From Eledone cirrhosa (Eukaryota), in assembly GCA_964016885.1 (NCBI GenBank), contig OZ024741.1:149916001-149980000 (forward strand): a stretch of 64,000 bases of DNA, written 5' to 3'. This document shows positions 22,494-35,235 of this stretch, piece after piece. The position numbers and the translations under genes were made by a program. Position 1 is the stretch's first letter. Every line of letters starts with the position of its first letter. The notes beneath the pieces are model-generated. The model was not told where the DNA came from, searched no databases, and saw only the letters and a list, made by a program, of their open reading frames with translations.

Positions 22494-24322
22494 ATGGCGG
22501 AAAAGATGGCAGAGATGTCTGCCATTAGCTCTGCCACGCCCCCCAAGTCTGAAGAACAAAAAATAATTACAACAAAATTAGACAATGAAACAAACAAAGA
22601 AAATGAAAAAACAAATGTTAAGGAAAATGAGCAAACAGAAAACAAACAAACAGAAAATAATACAAATAACAACAGGGCAACTTTCGCCCAGAAAACAAAA
22701 CAATCCATTACATACACACCAATTGACCTAACTGTCGCCAGAGAAAAACTGGCCGAAGCAAAGAAACACATTGTTTTGGGGGAGAACGGAATGTTTTCCA
22801 TTAACCCCCCCCCCCAGAATTCAAGAAAGCCAGAGCAGAAAACACAGTTCTCTACAGAACTATACTGAACCAGACAAGAAAGCCAGCACAGCCCAGCCAA
22901 ATGGAAATAGAGTTAGTCCTAAAAGACTATATGAAGAATATTCTCTTCATACGAAAGGACCGACTCTATGGCAGCATTTCGGTCCTAACAAGAGACAAGG
23001 AAACGGCGGAGAAGCTTTCCTTAAGCCCACTCTCATCGACAACATATAGCTTCTATCCCTCCTACATGGGTAGAAGAACACAGAGAGTAAAAGTAAAAAC
23101 AATGCTGCCCACAATGGACTTCTGGTGGGCTATTGCTGGCTTCATTGATATGGGCGAAGACACAATGCTGTCAATGGGGAAGGCAACTGGAGATGCATTC
23201 CTGGGAATGGGCCTCGACATACTAGTCCAAATGAGGCCCGAAAGAATAGCAAAAATCCCGGATCGCATCTGGCTGGATGACCTTACCCCAATAGACATAA
23301 TTGTAGAGGGGAGAAGACCAGCATGCTATTTATGCATGGAAAGGGGACACGTTAAGGCTAACTGCCCGAAACGTATCCCCCAAAAAGGACTATTGCCCAC
23401 ACCCACCACAAACAGTACACAAACACCACCCACCTCCAAAAATACACTAATACCACACACAGCAAACAAAATACAGACACCACCAACCACAAACACAACA
23501 CAAACATCACCACCACCAGCACCAAACACAAGCACGACACAAAAATCACCACCACCAACCACAACACAAACACCACCATCACCAACCACAAGCACGACAC
23601 AAACATTACCACCACCACCACAAAACCCATTCCAAACAAATAATAAAAAAAACAGTAACAAATCTACCCCTCCCGCAAAAAAAAAACAACCACACAACAC
23701 GTCCCTCCCACCTAGCGCTGAAGAGTTTCCCCCAACTTCTGAAGAAGAAGGAGGAGAAGCCTTCAGACAAGTTAAAAGAAAAAAAAGAAAACACACACCC
23801 AGCACACCACAAATAACCCACACACAAACACCAACTCCAATCAAAAACACCCCACCCTCAACAAACAAAAATAAATCTGCGCCTCCCCTCTCCGAAACAT
23901 TGACAGCATCACAAAAAAAGACGTTGCAATACACATATATAAATAAAGAAAACAAAAAACTGGTTAAATTAATAAACAATAACCCTATGGTGCAGACCGA
24001 AGGGCCAAACTTTATCTCAACAGAGAACTTCACCCATTTAAAAATGATAAAGGTCCCTCTGGACCTTTATCGTTCCTTAAAAGAACAATTTAGACGGGAC
24101 GTGAGCCCCCCCTGTTTAAAACCGTTGAATCGCGTCCTCTTGAAAGATTTCCCCATAACCGCCCCTCTCCCTGACACAACTCCAAATACCCCAACCCCAC
24201 CACACACGTGTACCCCCACACCACCACAAAACATCCCTCCACCCAACACACCTGATGCCATGGAAATTACGCAACCCGGAGAGGTAAGTGCTTTTCTTTC
24301 TTCACTTTCAACACCAAAATAG
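22494..24322 (+). CDS. Copy 5 ORF1 (gag-like nucleic-acid-binding protein, CCHC knuckle); frameshift at C-run 22805-22815
   Basis: ORFs 22467-22868 and 22901-24322 join across a poly-C run; CYLCMERGHVKANC; Pro/Thr linker; KRKKRK basic patch. Confidence 0.85.
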
Positions 24323-27300
24323 ATCAATTGAGAGTTGGCTGTTTGAACGCGCGTGGCCTGGGCTCAGCTTGGAAGCAAGCAAAGCTTCTAAGTGACCTCA
24401 GGTCACAAAGTATAGATGTGATGGTTGTTTGCGAGAGTCGGATCAGCAGCGTGAGACAGCTGGCGCCCGCCTTCGATGACTTTGAGATGCACGCATCTCT
24501 CTGTCAACCCGGAGGCGGGGGGGGGGGGAGTTGCCGTACTGCTGGATAAACGTCTGACTCTCGACGTACAGATTGTTCACTCGGACCCGGGGGGTCGATT
24601 ACTGGTGCTGGACGTCGGAGGCGGTGAAGGCGGGGCTTTCAGACTGGTCGGTCTTTATGCTCCCTTCGGGGCGGAAAGAGCCGACTTCTTCCAGCGTCTG
24701 GAGACTTTTTTAGGAACGTCGCGTTCCCTGCTTTTAGTGGGGGACTGGAATGGAATCCTAGATGCGCGTTGGGACTATGCAGGGGCATGTCCCGATAGAG
24801 GGGGGTGTAGCAGCCTCAAGGGGTTACTCGATCGATTCGACCTGGTCGATAGATTTCGACTGGATTGTCCAACTGCGCCAACCTGGACCTGGGCAAACCG
24901 CAGTGGACAATCTAGATCGTACCTAGATAGGTTTTTGGTTAGGAGTAAGGATAGGGACGTATTTAGTTGTCCAGAACTGATCATGGTTGGCTATTCAGAT
25001 CACAAATTAGTGACCTGCGTGGTCAACCTTGATAGAACGCATAGACAGGGTCCCGGTTACTGGAAGATGAACTTGTCCTTACCGACAAAGAAAGATTACA
25101 GAAACCGGATTAGTAGCTTAGTTAAGATGCGGTTGACGGGAGCGATCGTCAACAGTAGGTGGTGGATATCTCTAAAGAGAGAGATTAGAGTAAGTTCGAT
25201 AGGTTACAGTAAGGAACTAGCGGCGAATAGAAATAGGAGGGAAAGGGAGTTAACAGATAAACTAGAAGAGGCGATTAGGAGCGGAGACGTAGCCAGAGTG
25301 TTAGCGACGAGAACGGCATTGAGCCAGTTCTTTGACGCGAAGCACGAAGGCTGCGTTGTCCGAAGTAAAATACGTGCTTTAGGAAACGAGGGGACCAAAG
25401 CTGTTAGCTGGGCCCGCGTGACAGAAGCCAAGAGTGGGATTAAATCCACCATTCGGTCTTTGCGAGACCAGGATGGACGGGTGATCCTTGAACCTGAGCG
25501 AATGTGCGAGACCTTTCAAAGGCACTTTGCTCGACTGTTCGGAGGTGGCGGGGGGCCGGACGGGGATGTGGACTTCGGTCCATACCTCGACGGTCTACCG
25601 CGTCTTTCGAGCGGCGAAGCCGAGTGCTGCGAAAGGCCAATCACAGCCACTGAAATCGGGGAAGCGCTCAGTCAATGCAGCAGACGCAAATCCCCGGGTC
25701 TCGATGGTCTACCATACGAACTTTATTTAGCTATGCCGGTCTTGTTCTCCGAACTCCTCGAGGCTGTCTATTGCAACTGGCAACAGAACGGGAGAATTCC
25801 CTGTTCTGTGACCATGGGCGTGGTCACGCTAGTGAGGAAGGACGAGAGCAAGGGGGACGACTTAAGTAACTTTAGGCCCATAACTCTGCTGAATGCAGAG
25901 TTACAGATTTTGGCCAAGGTGTTGGCGAAGAGGTTGGCGCTTGTGGTGGGTGGTTTGGTGGGAGACGCGCAGACATGCGCTATCCCGTCCAGGTCCATTC
26001 ACGACAACCTCCACCTCATGCGATACATCATAGAGAGGGTTGGCTACGAACCCGGCTTTGGTGGGGCCCTGATCAACTTGGATCAATCTAAGGCGTTCGA
26101 TAGGGTCGACCATGGTTACCTGGATGCGGTGCTAGCGGCGGCGGGCTTCGGACCCGTTTTCAGGGGCTGGATTTCTGCCATGCACAGTGGCAACATCTAC
26201 TCTAGGATTAAAGTAAACGGCTACCTCTCGGAGCCGTTTCAAATCACCCGATCCATCAGACAGGGGTGCCCTCTCTCCTCCCTTCTGTACGTATTGACTC
26301 TCGAGCCACTGCTGCGGAAGTTGGAGTTGCTGCGGGGCATACCCCTGGAACCGGGATTGCACAAAGCGGTCTCGGCCTATGCCGACGACGTAACAGTAAT
26401 GGTGGCGGACGCCTCGGAAATCGGGGCGATCGCCACCCTACTGGAGGAATACGAAAGGCTGACGGGGGCTAAGCTGAACCAGGACAAGTCAGTCGGTTTG
26501 CAACTCGGAACGTGGAGGGGCAAACCGATGCCGTTAGACGGTGTCGTCGGGCGGTGGACGGAGGGCCCGGTGAAGCTGCTCGGGGTCTGGTTCGGACCGG
26601 ACCTCCAGGTGGAGAAGAATTGGGGCGAGGTGACGAGCAGGGTGTTTGCGCTGACCCAGAAGTGGGCCAAGTGCAAACTATCACTGAAAGGTCGGGCGGA
26701 GGTGACGAACGCTTACATAACGTCCGTCATTTACTACCGCCTGACCGTCGTGCCTTGCCCCAAGGAAAAGCTCACCATCATGGAACGCATGCTCTTCCAG
26801 TTCCTCTGGAAGAAGCGGCCTCCCATGGTGAGGAGATCCATCTGCTGCCAGCACCCTTCGAAAGGAGGGCTGGGTATGCCGTGGCTGTTGATGCGTAGGC
26901 ACGCATTGAGGCTACGGCATCTACAGGTATTCCTCAACGGTCAGCCGGTGTGGGCCCCGTTTGTGAGGCGAGCCTACCCACAGCTCGTCTCGCTCACCGA
27001 ACTGCAATCCTGGGTGAAGCAAAGACCGAGAAAACTGGGCAACTGGCACACCGAGTGTGCCCAGGCGCTCACGGCTATCTGGCAAGCGGACCCGACTGTC
27101 AGTGGAGAATCCACCTCGACATTCTATAGAGGGTTGGTGGCTAGCAGGGGCGACGACACCCTTGGAGAGTCGCTAGGCATGGAGGAGGACGAACTGGCCA
27201 GCCTGTTCGGTAGAACTTTCGGCCCGGGACCCATGGACAACTTCCAGAGGTCCCTAGCCTGGCAGTGTTACCGGGGGGCTCTGCCCGTTCGAGAAAAGCT

Positions 27301-27760
27301 CTACAGACACGGGCGCCCGGGCAGGGATCCCGCGAAAAAGATCTGTCCCAGATGCGTGCGCGACGAGGAAACCGTTGCGCATGCACTGGTACACTGCCCG
27401 GGCGTTGCCGATCTGTGGGGCTACGTCGAACGACTGCTGTCGCGTGTGGCGCCGATTCGATTAACCGCCGAGTCTGTGGTGAACATCAAGCCGCCTCCTC
27501 CCTTCAGAAATGAAGCAGAGGCGGTCTTTCTGTGCGTAATAGCCATGATGAAAGAGGTTGTGTGGTGGACGCGCCTGAAAGGACTGAGGTCGGGTGACTT
27601 TCTCTCCGGCCATCACCTGGTTTACTTCTTCCGATACCACTTCGGAAGAAGAATCAGGATGGAGAGAGAAGTGCTTGGTCCCAGACAGTTTTATGAAAAA
27701 TGGGTGAAAGAAGCGAGAATGGCCCGTGTAAATGGGCCTTCTCTCTACATTGTTCTGTAG
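24319..27760 (+). CDS. Copy 5 ORF2: APE endonuclease, reverse transcriptase, C-terminal CCHC zinc finger; frameshift at G-run 24517-24528
   Basis: LRVGCLNARG, then a 1094-codon ORF with GDWN, YLDR, SDH, PGLDG, FRPITLLN, DQSKAFD, IRQGCPLS, YADD, CPRC-x-H-x-C; start position reads ATA. Confidence 0.93.
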
Positions 27761-27991
27761 GTGAAGAAGTGAAGAGGAAAGGGGGAGCGCCTCCTCTCTG
27801 GGCTTCCCCCGCGAAAAGAGTTGCACACTTTTCGGGGGTATGTGCAATCCCCAACACGCCCCCTCCCTTTTGAGGACTTTTTATTGTTATATTATTATTG
27901 TTATTCCTTTTTTCTTTACTCGATTTATGTAAACTCCTCCACTGTGTAAATGTCCCCTTCTTTTGTGCCCTCGTGGCAAATAAATAGAAAT

Positions 27992-28050
<59 letters not shown>

Positions 28051-28057
28051 GCCCCCC

Positions 28058-29418
28058 AAGGTGTTTGCACTCACCCAGAAGTGGGCCGAGTGCAAACTAT
28101 CCTTGAAAGGTCGAGCGGAGGTGGCGAACACTTTTATAGCGTCCGCCATCTACTACCGCTTGACCGTCGTGCCTTGTCCAGCCAAAACGCTCGCCAAAAT
28201 GGAGCGCGCCCTCTTCCGATTCCTTTGGAAGAGGCGGGCTCCTTTGGTAAGAAGATCCATCTGCTGCCAACACCCTTCTAACGGAGGGCTGGGGATGCCG
28301 TGGTTGACGATGCGCAAACACGCGCTCAGGCTGCGGCATCTCTACGTATTCCTCACCGGACAACCGGTGTGGGCCCCGTTCCGGAGGCGAGCCTTCCCAC
28401 GACTCGTCTCGCTGACCGAGCTGCAGTCCTGGGTCAAGCAGAGACCGAGGAAAATGGGCGACTGGCACATCGAATGTGCTCAGGCGCTCACAGCCCTCTG
28501 GCAGGCGGACCAAGCGATCAGTGGAGACTCCACTTCGTCATTCTATAGAGGGTTGGTCCGCAGCAAGTGCGACGACGCGCTCGGTGAAACTCTAGGCGTG
28601 GAGGAAGATGAACTGGCCAGTCTGTTCGGTAGGACCTTCCGCCCGGGACCGATGGACAACTTCCAAAAGTCCCTGGCCTGGCAGTGCTACCGAGGAGCTC
28701 TACCAGTTCGAGACAAGCTCTACAGACATGGGCGCCCGGGCAGGGACCCTGCAAAAAAGATCTGTCCGAGGTGCGTGCGAGACGAAGAAACCGTCGCGCA
28801 CGCATTCATACACTGCCCGGGCGTCACTGACCTGTGGGGCTATGTAGAACGACTATTGTCGCGGGTGGGACCAATCCAGTTGACCACCGAGTCCATTGTC
28901 ATGATCAAACCGCCACCCTCCTTCAAAAACGAAGGAGAGGCGGTTTTCCTTTGTGTGATAGCTATGGCGAAAGAGGTTGTATGGTGGACAAGGTTGAAAG
29001 GGCTGAGGTCAGACACCTTTCTCTCCGGCCAACAACTGATTCTTTTTTTCAAATACCACTTTGGAAGAAGAATCAGGATGGAGAGAGAGGTGCTGTACCC
29101 CAGCAAGTTTTATGAAAGGTGGGTGAAAGTGGCGAGAATGGCCTGAGTGAATGGGCCTTCTCTCTATATCAGCCTGTAGGTTGAGGAAAAGGAGGAGGAG
29201 AGGAAAGGAGTACAAGCTCTTCGTACTCCTGGAGATGAGGGTTGCACATTTATTTCGGGGGTCTGTGTTACCCATATAAACTGTCTCCCTCTATTGGGGA
29301 AAATCGACTAACTTTTAAATTCCATCTGTGATAACATTTTACACGTTTTTATTGTATGTAAACTTCCCCCTTTGTATTTGTCCCCTTCTTTTGTGCCCCT
29401 GTGGCTAATAAAGAAATA
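28058..29418 (+). mobile_element. Tx1/L1-clade retrotransposon copy 6 (heavily 5'-truncated; same subfamily as copy 2) with TSD
   Basis: ORF2 C-terminal part 28061-29179; 3'UTR almost identical to copy 2; flanked by TATCTATCTAGCCCCCC at 28041-28057 and 29419-29435. Confidence 0.93.
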
Positions 29419-29586
29419 TATCTATCTAGCCCCCCTCTCTCTCTATATATATATATTGTACAAGAGTGTTGTTTATCTTAGTTGTTACGTAGTAACTTCC
29501 TGATGATAACCACTTCACTACTGGATGGACGTGCATGGACACCGGCATATCACAATGATTGCATAACTGCACCAATGATTGCATAA

Positions 29587-29637
29587 GCATCTGACGAAGT
29601 CACATGAATAACCATGTAACAGAAATATATATAATGC
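29587..29637 (+). ncRNA. Type I hammerhead ribozyme-like motif
   Basis: GCAT-CTGACGA-A-GTCACATG/aataac/CATGTAAC-A-GAAA-TATATATA-ATGC. Confidence 0.55.
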
Positions 29638-29694
29638 AATAAACAATTATGGTGATTTAATCCCGTTTTTACTACCATTATTTTATATATAGAT

Positions 29695-30101
29695 AGGGCG
29701 GTGGATTGGCAGCATCGGTAGAGAGTCGGACACCATACTTTGAAGCATAGAGTTACGTACCTTTATGATCTGAGTTCAAATCCCGCCGAGGTTAACTTTG
29801 CCTTTCATCCTTACGGTGGGTCGATAAAATAAAGTACCAGTAATGCACTGGTATAATTGCTGGCCTTGTGCCAAAAGTAGAAACAATTATTTTATATATA
29901 GATAGGGCGATGGATTGGCAGTATCGGTAGGGGGTCGGACGTCATGCTTTGACACATAGAGTTACGGCTCTTTCCATTCTGAGTTCAAATCCCGCTGAGG
30001 TCAACTTTGCCTTTCATCCTTACGGGGAGGGGGGGTTGATAAAATAAAGTACCAGTAATGTACTGGGTAATTGCTGGCCTTGTGCCAAAAGTAGAAACAA
30101 T

Positions 30102-30103
<2 letters not shown>
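29695..30103 (+). mobile_element. Two tandem copies of the Deu/Nin-type tRNA SINE
   Basis: Copies at 29695-29890 and 29904-30103, flanked and separated by ATTATTTTATATATA(GAT). Confidence 0.88.
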
Positions 30104-30154
<51 letters not shown>

Positions 30155-30206
30155 ATATGAAAATGCGAAGTAGTTTCAGATGTTAAAGTACTTTATGTAA
30201 ATATAG

Positions 30207-30237
<31 letters not shown>

Positions 30238-30819
30238 TATATATAGTATATATATATATGCCTATTATAAATTTCTAAGTGTTTGTGTGTACCGTCTACT
30301 TCATTTCTAAAATAGTTGAAGACCATTGCTAATAACACGAATATCATAATCCCCCCACCCCATACTAACCAGCATCCGATTTTCTTTCTTTTTAATAACT
30401 AGGTGCACACATTTAAGTGATGAGTTTGGTCACCACCGTGATCGTCTTTATCTTTATTATGCGGACATTGAGAAGACTTGAAATTATATAATTTAAACAT
30501 GAGTGTATATATTATATATACACAAATAGCAAATGTCTTGCCTCGTTGTATACATCTTATTACATCCTACTTTCAACTCAATTGAATGTTGTCATTGTAT
30601 TAATATATGCATACGAATTCCCACCAGCTTTGTTATTGTTTTTTCGATGTCGGTGTGTGGAAGGGTTCATGTATTATTTAAGGTCCTTTTTTCTTTTTTA
30701 TGGATTTGCGTCTCGTTAAGGTCGAATTTATCTTTTGAAATAGTAAACGAAATATATTGTATTAAGTCTCTGGATTACTGTTTTTTCTTTCGTGCTTACA
30801 AATATATTTAGGGTAAAGC

Positions 30820-32340
30820 CTTACTTCCCGCCTTGGTTCAATGCGCAGTGTGCATCTACTATTGCTCATCGGAATCTCTTTCATCAACGCTTTCAGCGGG
30901 ATCAGTCTTATGATTCTCGAATCACTTTTCGGAGAACAAGCAATGCCTGTTAAAGGGTTATTGCCGATGCTATATTTTTTTTATGTATTCAGGGTTCGTG
31001 AATCCATTGCTTCGAATAAGCTTGGAAGCAGCGACTTTGGAAAAATCTTCAATAGTGTTATAAATCCAGGCAAGTCTGATGAGATACTTTTTGGGGTCAC
31101 ATGTTCTCTTTGCTCAGAAAAAGCTGATCTCTTTGCTCGTTTGTTTGCGACTATCTCTACACTTGGTGATTCAGGTGCATCACATCCTGAGTTTCCTTCT
31201 CGTACAGAACAGCTTCTACTACTGCCCTTCTGACTTATTACAGAACATATTTACTGATTTATGGATAAATCAGGAGAGGGTTATGCTATAGCTCTTGATA
31301 TATCAAAAGCCTTTGATAGGGTTTGGCATGATGATTTGTTCCATAAGCCTCTGGTGTATGTGGAAAGGTCTTTGACATTATCAGATCATTCCAAACGGTT
31401 GGAATTTGCTGCTAATCTTGAGGTAGATCTGCAGACTGCTAAGAAATGGGGCAAGACCAGACTCTTTCGGTAGGAAGCGGGATCGCTATCTTTCTCACAT
31501 TTGTGAGTCTGGAGTGTCATATGATGGGATTGTTAAACCACTTGAAGAAGGGTTTTCTTTGAAATTTCTTGGACTTACTTTCTCACCTGATCTTTTTTGG
31601 GGTTCTTACATACATTCAATTAGTAGGTCTGTTTTCTGCAAGGATGGATTATTGTATAATTCAAAGGACTACCTCACACCCGAGGCTATTTTTATCGTTA
31701 TAAGTCAACGACTTGACCTTGTATGGAATACTTGTATGTCATATTTGGGTAGGTGCACCATCTTATCACTTGGATCTCCTCGACGAGGTTCAGAAGTGAG
31801 TCTCTAATTTCATTGGTCCGTCTCTTGCGTCAACTTCGCAACTCTTATCATATCGACATGACGTCACCAGTCTTAGTCTTTTCTATCGTTATTACCCCAG
31901 GATAGGCGGTGGATTGGCAGTATCGGTAGAGGGTCGGACACCATGCTTTGACGCAAAGAGTTACGGCCCTTTCCATTCTGAGTTCAAACCCCGCCGAGGT
32001 TAACTTTGCCTTTTATCCTTACGGGGGTCGATAAAATAAAGTACCAGTAATACACTGGGTAATTGCTGACCTTGTGCCAAAAGTAGAAACAGTTATTATC
32101 CCAGGAAGTGTTCGGAAGGACTTTCTCTTTTGGTTCCAGAACATTGTGCCATCTCACTTAACTTGAAACTCACAGCATCTTAATCCAGATGCTGTCGTGT
32201 TTCTACGAATAAGGAAGTCATTCTACGATCGCTGTTTTTCCCTCGAATTGCCAAACTTTGAAACTCTCTGTTATCTCATTGTTTTCCTCCTTCTTATGAT
32301 CTAAAATCTTCCAAGTCTAAAGTAAATTCATTTTTTCGCC
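30820..32340 (+). mobile_element. Decayed jockey/CR1-like LINE ORF2 remnant
   Basis: ALDISKAFDRVWH (RT), DFGKIFNSVINPGKS, LKFLGLTFSPDL.WGSYI in separate frames; large deletions. Confidence 0.7.
31904..32091 (+). mobile_element. Deu/Nin-type SINE inserted in the LINE remnant, 15-bp TSD
   Basis: GTTATTACCCCAGGA (31888-31902) and GTTATTATCCCAGGA (32092-32106). Confidence 0.88.
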
Positions 32341-32964
32341 TTAATTTTTCCTCCTTCATAGTCCCTTACACCAAGTGGCTTCACGCTTTGCTTGCTATCA
32401 AAGAAAAAATATATTAAGAATTCCCCCACCTATTTATAGATAATTGGACAGCGCTGTTGAGGATTATGTACCTGTCTCCAGATGAGATGCGCTGACAGAA
32501 TGAAGTGAACTGTAAACCGCTCGGTCTACTCGGTTTATTCACTTGTAAACTAAATTTTAACAGTTTCCTCTGTATTCTTCACCAATGATTGAGAATGTCA
32601 AAAGGGGGAGGAACAGCACCATCGTTATCATCGTCGTCATCGCTGCCGCCGTCAACACCCCCACCACAAACACCATCCCCGCTGCCACCACCTTCATAAC
32701 CAGCAGCAACAGCAGTACCACCACCACCGCCACCACCACCAACACAGCTGGCTATATACACTCATATAAATAATATAATTGTCTTTATTTGCAAACAACA
32801 ACAACAACAACAAAAATAATAATAATAAATGATAATAAAAACTGAAACAAAAAACTAATACAAAGAAAATGAATCAAAACCTCCAACGTTGACATCAATC
32901 GAATTTGTGTTTATGAGAAATATCGATTAGAAATCCATAAAATGTTCTAGACATTGAAATCATC

Positions 32965-32966
<2 letters not shown>

Positions 32967-33033
<67 letters not shown>

Positions 33034-33136
33034 TATATATAATATATATATATATATAATATATATAATATATATATATATATATATAATATATATAATA
33101 TATATATATAATATATATAATATATATATATATATA

Positions 33137-33215
<79 letters not shown>

Positions 33216-33231
33216 TAATATATATATATAT

Positions 33232-33262
<31 letters not shown>

Positions 33263-33316
33263 ATATATATAATATATATATATATATAATATATATAATA
33301 TATATATATATATATA

Positions 33317-33408
<92 letters not shown>

Positions 33409-33430
33409 GTCTTATATATATATATAATAT
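32967..33430. repeat. Long interrupted (TA)n microsatellite
   Basis: Read directly from the sequence. Confidence 0.95.
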
Positions 33431-33776
33431 AAATGTGTGTGTCTGTGTTATGTGTGTATGTGTGTGTTTGTGTGAATATCTCTGTGTGTATGTATATTTT
33501 TTTATTTTCTAAATTCAATATAATTTCTTCTTCATTATTTAAGATTTAAAAAATTTTGATTTTTCTCTATTTCTGCAATATTTCTACAGACGAAGTAGAA
33601 TAAAACGAAAGATCGAACTTACGGCTGATTAGCTAGAATGTTAAAATCAATCAGGAAAAACATATTTAATTCACAGACTTTCACACTGTGATTTTGTATT
33701 TAATTGCTGCAAATGACGCCGACGATGATGATTATGTGTACGTATGTGTACGTATGTGTATGTGTGTCTGTCCGAA

Positions 33777-33821
<45 letters not shown>

Positions 33822-34224
33822 TATATTTATATATATATATATGTATAAATACATATATATGTGTGTGTGTGTTGTGTGTATGCATACACACACACAACAC
33901 ACACACATACACACACAGATATATATATATTTATATACATATTCATATGCACATATATATGGATATATATGCATACATATGTGTGTGTGTGTGTGTGTGT
34001 GTATAAATATGTATACATACAGGCATATACACGCACATCTGTGCATATCTAAATGTATATATATATACATATATATACATATATACACACACTACATATA
34101 TATTTGTACGTATGTACAAAAGTAGTCTATATACTCAACTTTTTCGACTATTTCATAGCTACTATGTTTTAGTAGCTTATAATAAGTTAACATACATTCA
34201 CTATATATATATATAGCACAGGCA

Positions 34225-35164
34225 ATAAAAAAACCGGCTGATGCTGCCTTTTTACAACAAGATCTGGATGCCATATACAAATGGGCTGAGGACAATAACA
34301 TGCAGTTTAATGCTGGAAAATTTCAAGCCCTACAATACCAACTTGCTAACACAAAGACAGTACAACACAGCTACATCGGACCAAGAGGGATCGAAACCTC
34401 CGTGTCGAAATTGATACGAGACCTGGGGATAGACATGAGCGACGATGCATCTTTTTCTTCTTTTTCTTCATCATGAAGGTAGCGACAATATGCAGACGAC
34501 TCGCCGGCTGGATCTTGAGGACTTTCCGGACAAGAGACCGAGAGACCATGTTGATACCAAGGAGGACATTTGTCCTAAACCGACTGGACTACTACTCCCG
34601 ACTGTGGTCACCCCATAGTGTCAAACTAACCACGGAGCTTGATGCAATCCAACGAAGCTACACCAAGGGGATGGCCACGATGCGGGAGATGAGCTACTGG
34701 AGAGGTAAAAGAACTGAAACTCTACTGCTTGGAGTGAAGATGGGAGAGATACGCAGTGATATACATATGGATAATCCTGGACGGACTAGCACCAAACATT
34801 GGCATTGAGAGCTGGACCAATCACCGAACAGGACGTCACTGCGTGGTGCCAAAGGTCCCGTCTTTCACATCTAGAATTGGAAGCAGATATTGCAATAGCC
34901 TGGGGTTCAAAGGCCCTCAACTCTTCAATAAGCTGCCAAGAAATTTGAGAAATCTGCATGGTGTGGGCGTGGACGTTTTCAAGAACCATCTTGACACTCT
35001 GTTATCCAGGATCCCGGATGAGCCCACAGCACGATACGAAGGTAACCAATGGCCAGCAAACACAGACTGGAGATAGAACGCGTAGCAACAAAGGCGGTGC
35101 CCCAGTATGGCCTCAGCCGAATGGCTGGAACAGGTAAAAGGGTAAAGAGTAAAAGAGTAAAAGA

Positions 35165-35165
<1 letters not shown>
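34225..35165 (+). mobile_element. CR1/L2-group LINE 3' fragment
   Basis: LQQDLDAIYKWAEDNNMQFNAGKF, RDLGI, AGWILRTFRTRD, RLDYYSRLWSPH, GPQLFNKLP; tail of tandem AGTAAAAG. Confidence 0.8.

Positions 35166-35235
<70 letters not shown>

Larger units (their letters stand above)
22292..27992 (+). mobile_element. Tx1/L1-clade retrotransposon copy 5 (full length, nearly intact)
   Basis: Bounded by (TATC)n 22267-22291 and 27993-28050; AATAAA at 27979. Confidence 0.95.

Noticed and set aside
3915-27513. Recurring antisense and alternate-frame ORFs within ORF2
   Set aside because: They recur only because the copies are homologous and GC-rich; no recognisable domains.
1257-29418. Array as a segmental duplication or assembly artefact
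   Set aside because: Copies have different ORF1s, UTRs, truncation points and lesions, and one has a TSD.
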